Shown here: positions 1 to 11,415 of the stretch, piece after piece
Layout: every line of letters starts with the position of its first letter
Position numbering within the stretch: position 1 is the first letter of the stretch
DNA from: Catajapyx aquilonaris
Taxonomy: Eukaryota
NCBI GenBank assembly: GCA_000934665.2
Contig: JYFJ02002820.1
Span: 1 to 50,335, forward strand
Reading direction: 5' to 3'
Length of the DNA: 50,335 nucleotides
Translations under genes and position numbers: made by a program
The notes under the pieces: generated by a model
The model's input: the letters and a program-made list of their open reading frames with translations, nothing else
Databases searched by the model: none
Told to the model about the DNA's origin: nothing

Positions 1-542
1 TACCCCTGGGGCATATGTGGAGGCCTCCGTATGGATCTGTTTAGGTCACAAAAGAGAGACAGACAGATATAGGTCTTGAAATATGTATTAGATATGCAAT
101 GTTGATTTCATTTTAGAACACGAGTGAAAGAGGCAGATCCATCATTTGGGCTTGTTGACAGCCAGGGTTGCTAGGCAATTGCTTAATCTGCTGAAAACCC
201 CCCTTAGACTCAAAAGAGTTCGAGTTTGGGACTTTTCTAGGGGTCAGTGATATGTAAGACATGGCTCTGAGAAATTTGAGCGCTCTCCGTACCCGGGAAG
301 TGGCTTAATTAGGCGTGACATACATTAATACGTACAAATATTGAGCTTTATATATATGGGGATATTATTGTTACGTTCATCAGTCATGCTAATAGCATAA
401 TTATAATGTTGGCCCTTTACTTCAACTCGTACCTTTGCAAATGCATTTTCTTTGCATGCAGGCAATACTACGTATTAGTTATGTGTACTTAAGGTAACTT
501 TTTGCAGGGATTATCTATATAAAGGTCTCTGTAATGTTTCAG

Positions 543-3500
543 GATTGTGTTATGCTGAGTTTGGTGCTCGCGTGCCAAGAGCAGGGTCTGCATATGTCTA
601 CAGTTATGTCTCAGTTGGTGAACTTATGGCTTTTGTTATTGGCTGGAACCTCATTTTAGAATATGCCATTGGTGAGTGCTTCAGAAAATTGCTCATAAAT
701 AATTATGTTTTCTGTGCATAATGAAATACAATTCTGATACACTGATGCTTTCTTTTTTTCACAGGTACTGCCAGTGTTGCAAAAGCATACAGCAATTACC
801 TAGATTCCATGGTTCATGATAAGATGTCTGCAGCCTTTGCATCTGTCGTCTACATTGATGTGCCTTATATTGGGCACTACCTGGACTTCTTTGCATTCAC
901 AATCACCATGGCCGTTACCATAATTTTGGCAGTGGGAGTCAAAGAATCCTCAAATTTTAACAACATTTTCACTGTCCTTAATCTTCTGGTGGTGCTCTAT
1001 GTGGTCATCTGTGGATGTTTTAAAGGTTAATTACTCTTTTTTTGGGGGGTGACACCTCATTATGTCTTATCTCACACAGCATGGCTTCTCACTGATTAAG
1101 AGGTGCACAGTACATGCTGTGGGTATTACTCTTGAAGATAACAAGTTCAATCATCATCATGATAGTAGAAATTGGCTTTGAAAAGCGTATACCCTAGTGC
1201 TATAAAGCACATTTAAATAGCTGATGGTGGGTTTTGTTGCTGTAATGTAATCCATTACAGTTCAGATAAATGCAGATACAATTGGTGTGTGAATAACATG
1301 TCAACTTGAAGCACATATGAACATATGAATATAATGAAAGGAAGGGTCATTTCTTGTTGTTATAAAGCTCACATGTTTTGAAACACTCCATGTGATGACA
1401 TGATAATTTAGTATTTTATTGATCAAATATTTTGCAGTGATTAATGTAGTGATACCTGTAGATGTCTTTCCTCTTTTGCAATCTTTGTCATGTGATTTGA
1501 GTGCTGCATATAAATACCACAATAACTGTCTTTCCAGAGAAACAAAGCCCATCCGAGTTCAAAATTTGGACATTCCTACTCCTACAGTTTCTTTTCAATC
1601 CATCAGTGATCTGCAAACAAGCAGGGCACCCAATAATTCAAAATTGGATCAACTTCAGAGTTTATGTATTGTTGCCAATACTGATTGGTTTTGTTTTGTT
1701 TCAGCTGACATTGCAAATTGGGAAGTTCCAGAAAGCAAAGTACATGATCTTTGTACTCAAAGCTGCGACCCTCAGCCAAACTGTGGAACAGGAGGGTTTC
1801 TCCCATTTGGTTTTATGGGAATGATGAGTGGAGCAGCCACGTGCTTCTTTGGATTCGTTGGTTTTGATGTTGTTGCCACAACTGGTCAGACTTTCTTAAG
1901 ATCTGGGGGTTAGAATGACAGTTTAATGCTTGGTATTTCATTATCAGGCGAAGAAGCCAAGAATCCACAACGGGCTATTCCTCTCTCCATAATTTTCTCC
2001 CTGGCTGTGATATTTATGGCCTATTTTGGAGTGGCAGCAGTTATAACACTCATGGTACCTTACTGCCTGCAGGTAAGAAGTTCACGTAACAAAGTTATTA
2101 TATTGTAATGATGACACAATTTTATGTAGGATGAAAAGGCATCCCTTCCGAAAGCTTTTGAATTTGTTGGGTGGCCAGTTGCACAATGGATAGTCACAGT
2201 TGGAGCTCTGTTTGGACTCTCAACTAGGTAAGTTTCAGTGACAAATTAGGTGTGAGTGACTTCATTTGGATGTTATTTTTGCAGTCTTTTGGGTTCAATA
2301 TTCCCTCTTCCTCGAGTGATTTATGCCATGGCCTGTGACGGACTTGTATTTAGAAGCCTGGCAAATGTTCATCCGAAGTCACAGATGCCTCTTCTTGCCA
2401 CATTCATTTCTGGATTTATAAGTGGTGAGTTACCAAGTAGCAATAATTCTATAAATGTTTGGTTATGAATGAATCCCTATTACTAAATATTACTATGATT
2501 TGTTGACAACAGCTCTCCTTGCTGCCGTTTTTGCGCTTAAGGAACTGGTGGCTATGATGTCTATTGGAACACTCTTAGCCTACACTCTAGTAGCGGCCAG
2601 TGTACTACTTCTGAGGTAGGTTGATGAAAAGTTGGTGATAAAATAATATCAGTGGTCCCTGGGAACATTTTTGAAATGTCATCATCATTTTTCTCCTCAA
2701 TATCTGCTGCAGTGAATGCTTAATTATTATTATTTTTTTGCTCTTTCTGAATGGCGTGATTCGCAGGTTTGAGGACGAGTCACATTCGGTGACATCGAGT
2801 GAAGGATATAAACTCGTTCCACAAGAGGTGAATTTGTAAGAACTCATACATACCTTATTTTGCACTCACACCAAATAAGGAAATAATTGCACCGCTTGCA
2901 CAGTCAGCACTCTTTATGACTAATCTGATGACAGTACTCCTCTCAGATGCTATAATCATATTATGAATGATTTTGACTGAGGGTATATTGCATTATAAAT
3001 ATTTCAAGAATACAATTAATGTGCTTTAATGGATTTACAACTGCACATGAACTAATGTGACCATTTATTTTTATGCCATCTGACAGGAGGGTAAGTATTC
3101 ACATCCCAGTGAAATTTTGTGGTTGACAAAAATCCAGTATTACTAACACAGAGTATAGCTGACCTCTTCTTGTAGGGTTCCCTGGAGTTGGTCTTTGTTC
3201 TGCTATAAATTGAATCGTATTCTACAAACAACATAAATGAAACTAAATGAGCTCTTTTTATGATTCAAGCAGCATGGAATTATTTTCAGTAATTTAATTG
3301 CACTACAGGGTAGGTAAAGGAAAGGGCTGATATTTTGCAAGTTAGGCTCTAAAATTCTGGAAAAAATATCACAGATTTCAAATGTGTGTACAGTTTTGGA
3401 ATTTGATGGCATATTAGCAAACACTGCCAGGTTTCAATTGAAGGAGAAGTCAACCATAAAAAGTTGCTGAGAGAGGTATAACAAGCAGTTTGTGAAAGTT

Positions 3501-6500
3501 TTGGACATTTCCTGGGCTGGTTGTTAAAATACCCGTTATTTGTTTAATTTTGTATAATTTTGGTGTGTAGTTGGCAAAGTTTGATTTTTGCTTCAGGTGT
3601 TGGTTTGTAGTAACAGTTGTTTATTTTACATGTACACTTGCATTCCATTTTGCTTGCACAGCTAAGTGAATTTATTGAACTTGTCTTAACAGGTTTGATG
3701 CTGATGTCGATGAAGACGAAACAAATATAAATTCATCTGCTCTGACAGTGAAGGAATCGACTTCATTGATTGGATCACAACAACCCACTCCTCACAACAA
3801 TGTACTGCTTCAGATATTTAATCTGAGAGGCCCAAGTCGACCCACATCTCAGACATCTTCCATGGCCAGTTGGCAAGTCCTCGCATTCTGTAAGCAACAA
3901 GCCTTTCAATTTTTGAAGACCTAAAATGCAGAATGATCAGGGACACTGAACCATCAATTTGGGCAGTCCACCACCCTGTATTATTGATTCCATGCATCTG
4001 TCATGTTACTCGCCACATGATGCGAATTATCTATTGTTTTAGGTGTGCTGAGCACATTTGTGGCTGTTACCATCATCCAAGCAGGAGAACTGGTTTTGGA
4101 TGGCATCCCATGGGCAATAGCGTTGCTGTCTGTTGGGCTTCTACTGTTGGTTCTGACACTTATTGGACTTGCACTCCAACCAAGGTCACCAAAAAAACCT
4201 GCATTCTTGGTTCCCTGGGTTCCACTTATTCCTGCACTTAGCATATTTGTCAACATATTCCTTATGTTGATGCTGAGCACGGACACCTGGATTCGTTTTG
4301 GAGTCTGGATGTGCCTTGGTGAGTCCCTCAAATGCACAACTGATAACAGGTTGATAAATTACATAAAATGGAAATTCAGTAATATGTTGGTATATACAGG
4401 GATCTAGCACAAAGTGTATACATGAAACTAGATGAAGCCATTACCTAGTGCTTCAAAGCTCTTCATTTCACAAATACAATTTCTAACAAATATATTATTA
4501 TTAATCACGCACATCTTGAGAAAGTGATATAAAATCATCTCAATGCATTTTCTCATGATGTGAAACCTTCATTCCAAATTAAAAGTAACCCCTTACTGAT
4601 GAGAAAAGGCCCTGTGCAAGATTCCCTGTATATTCAATGCAAAAAGTACTTTTTGTACTGTTCAAAACTCTACATGAAAGTCCACGCCATTTTTCCTAGT
4701 TCTTCACAACATTGTCGTTAATGTCCTAACAGTAGACTTAAGCACCTTTCCTCACTAACAATGCCCTCCCCCTCCTCTTCCTCGTCATCTGTAGGCTTCT
4801 TGGTTTACACATGCTACGCTCTTCCTACACGTTACATGATGGAGAAGAAGCAGAAGGTTGAGTTGCAGACACCTGCAGTGACTGACAATAGTGTGATGAA
4901 TGGTCATGTGAACCACAGTATTCAGGCTGATGATGGCTTGATGCCTGAGATTGCTATCCAGCAAGCCACTCCTGTGCCCTCTGCTGCAACTACTCCAGTG
5001 ATGGAGAAGGAGCAGGAAAAGACTTTTGAGACATCAGTACGGATTGTCTTCCACAATGTTGATAATGAGTATGACTCAATTGATGAGGCTGAGCAAGACA
5101 GGCAGAGTATGGAGGCAGTAGAAGACCTTGAATATGTTATTGAAAAATTATCCGAGGGAAGCCTTATCCTGGACAACAATGACAGTGCACAGGACAGTCA
5201 AGATGATGGTGCTGAAATAGTTACTAATGGACAGGAAGAAGATAATGATTTGGTACCAGACGTGGCACTTACTGAGGCAGATGATAATAACAATGAAGTC
5301 ATTGCTACCAATGAGCTAATTCAAGATGAAGTGTCTGCTGTTGAAAATGCTGCTCTCTGCAGTGAGACCTCAAGCATTAGTGAACACACTGCTCTAGGCA
5401 GCAGTGACAATCCTGTCAAGTCAGATGATAATGAAGTGACCAGCATTAATGATGTTACAGAAGATAAACATCAAGGCAATACCTATGTTGAAGCAAGCAG
5501 TGAGATTGGTAGTGTTGAAGATGATTCAAGTAACAATTTAGCAGACATGGACAAGAATTCCACCATTTCAGCAAATGCTGATGACTCTCAAGGAGACAAC
5601 AATCCAGTGATTCTAAATGACCCCGAGCCACCTCTGGATGATAGTGAACTCCAAGTAGACAACACTAACGAAACCAAGCAGAACAGTGATGTGATATCAG
5701 ACAACAATGAAAGCAGTGAAACCCCACAGGAATTGCCAGTCGTCAAAACAGAAGAATCCAGCCACAGCAGCTTTGCTGAAATTCTGTCCAAGATGGAAAA
5801 TTTACACTTTGGTCAAAATAGCCCTTTTGTGTCAAAGGCACCTTCAGAAGCAACTTCAGCCACAGCCGATGAGCAGGATTTGAATCAATCTGTTCATGAT
5901 GACTCCATAAGTCCTCCTCCATCAGAAATTCCGACACCTCCACCTTTTCCTCCCACATTTAACATTCCCTTGTCACCGAGTGCAACAAAAAAGACTGTAC
6001 CCAGGGTCAGAAAGGCATCTGTAGTCCAGAGGGAACTTAAGGGCCAGCTAATAGATGAATTGAAATCAATTCTCCAATCTGGCAAGGGCAGCAGTGAGAA
6101 TGGTGGTGATGATGATGGTGGTGATGGTGAAGAAAAGCCACCAATTAGAAAAGTGAGGAGCTCGGGGAATTTAACATCCCTTGATGACAATGAGTTTGCA
6201 GCTGCCCGCCAAAATCTTAAAGCACGTGGGGTTAACAAACCAGAGGGCAACAACAGAGTTCCCAGGAAAAATAATAAACCTGCACCATCTCAAGAAAAGG
6301 AATTTGTCATAGACAAAGACCTTCTGTCACCATATCAAAAACCTCGAGTAGAAAGCAACTCCGGAAGCAGTGGTCCCAGCAGCAGCAAACGAGGCAATGG
6401 TGTCCGAAGATCTGCCAATATAAGTGCCATGATGACTAAGTTCCAAGCAGATGTTTGATCCTGCCCGATTTGACTCTTACTCTTGTGTTTCAACATTGTG

Positions 6501-6887
6501 TACAAAATACTAATAAAAAGTGTAACTGTACATATAGTTGGCACTGAGCAATGACATTGGCTCAGGTACCCAACATACACATTGCAATAAAAAAGAGAGA
6601 TTGAGAAATTTTCTGATAATACTTCAAGGAGATTGTTTTTTTTAATCAGTTGTCAGAATGTAAGATATCTTAGGTGGTTGCAATCAGTGGTCACCAGGAG
6701 TCGCTTTTATCACCTGGGAAGTCACATAATTTCAAAGATTCTGGATGGTAACAGCGCCAATTTTCCCGTTGCAGGCTTTCTCATGTATGGCTGTTACGGC
6801 TGGTGGCACAGTGCAGAACGACAATTGCGCCAGCAAATGATAAATGGAGCCGCCACTGAGCCAGAGGAAGAAGTGAAGGACAGCTGA
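543..6887 (+). CDS. Cationic amino acid transporter (SLC7A1-4 / slimfast-like, APC superfamily), 5'-truncated by the window edge; canonical short-tail isoform
   Basis: Frame-consistent AG/GT-bounded exons: 543-671 ([40 protein letters not shown]), 765-1025, 1705-1884 ([26 protein letters not shown]), 1948-2072 ([12 protein letters not shown]), 2130-2227, 2285-2424 ([20 protein letters not shown]), 2513-2615 ([10 protein letters not shown]), 3693-3889, 4043-4318 ([21 protein letters not shown]...TWIRFGVW), 6775-6887 ([13 protein letters not shown]...stop). These motifs are hallmarks of CAT-family transporters; the exact ortholog cannot be assigned by eye. Confidence 0.95.
4795..6458 (+). CDS. 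Alternative terminal exon of the cationic amino acid transporter, encoding the end of the last TM helix plus a roughly 550-aa acidic/proline-rich tail
   Basis: Branch-point-like ACTAAC (4754-4759), long pyrimidine tract, AG at 4793-4794. Phase 1 matches the donor after 4318. Begins GFLVYTCY, homologous to GFLMYGCY of the 6775 exon. Open for 1664 nt; AATAAA at 6512 and 6586. Confidence 0.85.
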
Positions 6888-7242
6888 AGCTTCTGGTATC
6901 TTCGCATCCCTTTTAAAAATGAACTGGGTAAATTCTAGCAGTCATGTCTTTCAGATCTGACTCATTTTTAATACTTATTTATTAATCTAAGATGTGATCT
7001 GATTTTCATTCCAATTGGCAGTGTTGTATTTATGCTGTTGTTTTTATTTTCAAGATTACTCGAGTGCCAAAGAGGATTCAGTATTCAGTGTTTTAAGTAG
7101 AACCAATACTATACTGGGGTTTTTATTGTTTAATGAAGGACATAATTTAAAAGTGCAATTATATGTACATTTACATGAAATGAATTTGAAGCAATGCAAT
7201 GTTTTAAAGATTGGAGAGGTGATAAGAAAGTGTTGAATACAA

Positions 7243-9831
7243 TCACAGTGAATAAGTAGTAACAATGTAAATAGTGCCAATGACTCCCATCATGAGAGCA
7301 AATGGCAGCCATGTCTTCAAGAAGCTTCCAACACTAAAAAGAAGAAAGTTGATTAGTTTACATATATCATTTCAAAGGCCTTTTCAAGCAATACACTACA
7401 CCTCTGAAGCGTCACTAGTTTTGATACACATTCCAGTCAAGCTCTGCATGATGAATAGTGCCATGCAAGATAATATTTGAACTATTATTATAAGTGGTAA
7501 CTGCTGTGATAGTTTATGCAGGTATTTGGATAATTTCTGCAGGACATTCATATGAGTAATGACATAATACATAATTGGTGCAACACTAAAATTTATTAAT
7601 ATGCAAACATCTTGCTGCATGTCAAGGAGCAGACACACGGGACAATTTGTTAATATAAAAAATAGCAATGACAATAACTTCAGACTGACTTGCACTGCAC
7701 ATCTTATTCCCAACTGTTTGTGTGTCTGCCCTCATGGTATTACCTAAAGTATCCTACAACGAACCTTACTGAATATCTTAGGGCTGGTTCTGGGATAGAC
7801 ATATCAAACTCAGAACGAGCTGTTGATTAATGTTTTTCATGTAGGATTGATCTGTCAATCACTCAACCAATATGCATGAGTAATTCCCCCGTAAAAACAG
7901 GCATGACTGACACCAGTAAGCTAATTTTCCTTGATTTTTTAAATGTTCATAAAAGGATTTCAGTTTTCCAACAGATGAAGTCATCAGTAAATTGATATTG
8001 GATGTAAAAACCCTATGAGTTTCTGCAAAAGTCTGATCATTGGCAGGAAAAGTCATGTTTTGCCCAAAGCTGGTTTCTCAGACAATCAAAATTCTGGTTA
8101 AAAAAAACCTAAAAAACCTTTTAAAAAAACCTAATCATAATCTTACATTCATTGTTATTTCCTTTTAGACCTGTTGCTTGTACAGTATGACAAATATTAT
8201 GTGATCTATTGCACTATTAGTCATTGTGTAGTCCAAAGTTGCAGCATCACCTTTGCAGATTGATGCATGTCTTAAGTTTGAGAACTTTTACTGAAGATAT
8301 AACATTGTCACCTGATTCACATGATGTACTGTAAACCAGCCAATGAGGGGCAGCAGCAGGCAGAATTGGCTAATCTAATCATGTGAGCACAGTCAGGCGC
8401 GGATCCAGGGGGGGGGGGCAATTGGGCAATTGCCCCCCCCTGAGCTCCCCNCCTGAGCTCCCCCGGAAGAAAAAAAACGGAAAAAAATAGAAAAAAAACG
8501 GGTGGGAAACTTGCAAAAAATTGCACTGTTCTATGGGTTCTTTTCCGTTTTGCGGTCGCGACCCCAAATTTGGGGTCGCAAGGAAGGGTTGTGACCTTGA
8601 ACTGGAAAAAATTTTCGGCTGCGGCGGGCCCTCCACCCCCGCCCCCAAGATAAATTTTTGCATGCACTATACCCTTGTGCCCCCCCCTGAAAACATTTCT
8701 GGATCCGCGCCTGAGCACAGTTAATGTTACCTCTCAATTACTAATGCCTTCAACTTTATAAATCTGACTTTCCAGATGTAACTAACCTATTCTGGACAGT
8801 GAAGTAACTTACTAGTAGGGTATCTGCTGCGGTAATGTATCAAACAGTTCCCTGCGTTACTTGTTAATTGTGAGGCTATTGCTGAGTTGAAGGCCTTCTT
8901 TAGTTGAGAGCCTCTCAGTACTTAATAATAATGAGAGAAAAATCTAGTCTATAAACAAATGGTGTAATTATTTATTTATTTTTCAATTGAGCCGTGAGTA
9001 ATCCAAATCTCAAAATTAATCAAGTCATGCTTCAGCTTATTCATTTGCAGTTAACCCACTTGCTGTGTATCTTGTGGCTTAAGAATTTCATTGCTGACAA
9101 ACTCACCTCGCATACTTTCCATGAATCAGCATAAGGAAACATAGCTTCACCATGTTCCAAGATCCACTACTGTTGTAATGCATCTTGTTGAGAGCCAGTG
9201 CAACATGTGAATGGCAATTGTCACAAAACAAGTTGTGCTGTTGGATGAAAAACAAATGTTTAGAAATTAAAACAAGTGTACATAATTCTTTCTGAGATAA
9301 TAAAAAAATTACAACTTTCTACACATCTTATTATTTCTATCGTGCACTGCATGTATCGACTCACCATCCGTCCTTTGTACACATCCGAGGCTTCCCTCAC
9401 GCATCTGTCCCAAGACTTGATCCCACCGTCCACCTTCACCACGTCCAGCTTCCAGTACTTGGTGGGCTTTCCAAAGGACATGTCATCCTCCGACACATAA
9501 TACGGGCCAGCAAAGTCTCGAATCACACCAGACGACATTGCAATACCCATGTGGCCTACAAACGGCAGCAGCCATCTGCAAAGAACGGGATGAACATGCG
9601 AACTTAATTAAGGAACTATTATTTATTATTATTATTATTATCCAATCATGGTGAGAATTTTAAGGGAACGCACGTAAGAAGTGGTATGGGCGTCCACACT
9701 ATGCAGCAGGGATATCTGCTCTTCTTGTGGTCCATGAGACCAGCAGTGTCCTCGACTCCTCCGAAGCCCTCCTCCGAACAGCCAGACCCCACGGTTCTGC
9801 AGGGAGACTCACCACCGCTGCTTCCCATCAC
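7243..9831 (-). CDS. TMEM222: Transmembrane protein 222 (DUF778 / RTE1-like family), complete, 4 exons
   Basis: Exons 9831-9674 (RYPCCIVWTPIPLLT), 9575-9365 (WLLPFVGHMGIAMSSGVIRDFAGPYYVSEDDMSFGKPTKYW), 9237-9107 (HNLFCDNCHSHVALALN...WNMVKL) and 7333-7243 (SVGSFLKTWLPF...stop). All junctions are GT-AG and in frame; motifs match TMEM222. Confidence 0.93.
8394..8713. mobile_element. Non-autonomous hAT-type DNA transposon (MITE), 320 bp, in TMEM222 intron 3
   Basis: Perfect 15-bp TIRs CAGGCGCGGATCCAG (8394-8408) and CTGGATCCGCGCCTG (8699-8713). Exact 8-bp TSD AGCACAGT (8386-8393 and 8714-8721). CAG termini with an 8-bp TSD are typical of hAT elements. Confidence 0.92.
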
Positions 9832-11415
9832 CCGGACGACCTTCCAAGCAAATCAGTCCTTCTCTAGTTCTCTCATCTAAAATTGTCCGTCGATCAAGAA
9901 GTAATAAAATGTCATGCAATATATTGCTAAGATCACGGCACGTGCCGGGATCCTAGACATCAGCTGTAATTGGTTCTGATGACTGACGAATGGGGCGCTC
10001 GTGTCGGCAGGTCCGTTGCGGTGCTGCCTCGTGTGGACAGACTGAGAACTACGTATTTAAATTCAGGCCTAAAATCTTGCAATCTTGCCAAAGCAATTGC
10101 GTAAAATAAGTACGCAGTAGTTCGATGCCAAATTGTCATCGTTAACGACTTTAAGACATTTCAATTGGAACAGCCAGCTAATATCTTAACACAATTTTTG
10201 TGGTGACGTCTTGAATCAGAAGATGGGTGACAGTATAGGTGACGCCCAAACTTTAGATTCAATCTACAATTATCGTCGATTCCTTGAATACCGTGCAAAA
10301 GCTTATTCGTCGCCATCAAAGGCAAGTCGCACTCCCCTTGCGTCCGTGCTGGTGTCTCCCATGACCATGAGATTATTGCTTGAAAATTCCAGAAGCAAAC
10401 ATGGAACTGTGAAACATTCCTTGGGCGGAAATGACATTATTTTCTCTGCAGTCAGCATTCTTCAATGGCGCAATAAATAGACGTGTGAATATGATCACTT
10501 GGTACGGTATTTAATTTTTATGCCCATCTTGCACTTCATTCATAGTTTTATCCTGCAGAGCTTGCATTCATTTCCCACAGTCTGCAAATGTGGTGCAAAT
10601 AAAAGTCAGTGTCAATGATTCTCTTCCTAAATGTAGAATGGGGTTATGAATATTGAATTAATACACAAGGTGGTGCTTTGTGCACTCTAATATTAGTGCA
10701 AGAGAAGGGAGGATGGACAGTCATGAAGGGTTTACTCCAGCAACAATATTACAAATGATTGAAATGAATAAGGTTTTGATTGTTGGTTACAATATGTTGT
10801 TTCTTTCTCAACATGTTCATGGAGTAAACAACACATGAATAATCCCTATACCCTTGGGCAGTGTCCTTCACCCTGATGTGAGTATAGCCTATTGTTGTCA
10901 GTTCACTCTATACCTTCATGCCATCTGAAGTTCTTTGGCCATTTCAGTCCATGTGTGATCTTTGCCAGTATAGGCGGTGTAGCACAGTGGTTCTGGACTA
11001 GTTTTTTTGTTCACATCCTCTAAATCCTGAAACATTATACTCAAGCTGTCAGCATATCAATATTTACATATGTAAAAATCTGGGCTAGCTTATAAACCCA
11101 TCATGTAACACAAGTTATTGCTGTATAATCACCAAACCTGCCATCCTTAGCAAGAAAGTCGCAATTGCAATGGGGCGTAATGTCGTCATTTGTTTGTCCA
11201 GCTTATTTGCCTTTTGCTTTTGACTTATACAGTATTACTCGCTGCAGTAGTCTAATGAAGCTATAGAGTAGCCAAATTCCAACATTACTCCACATTGGTG
11301 TGCATAATGTAGGCTACATGGATTTGCTAAGAAAGGCAGAAATAAGCGGCGACAAAGACTATAAAAATCTACCTGCACCTTACGCTCATCCTCCTCAGAC
11401 ACGACTTTGCTCTTA

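Noticed and set aside
4761..4794. ATG at 4761 suggesting a stand-alone 565-aa gene
   Set aside because: The [10 protein letters not shown] start is the translated polypyrimidine tract of the 4795 acceptor; the ORF is better explained as a spliced terminal exon.
8317..8737. Several overlapping ORFs
   Set aside because: They arise from the low-complexity G/C- and A/T-run sequence of the MITE.
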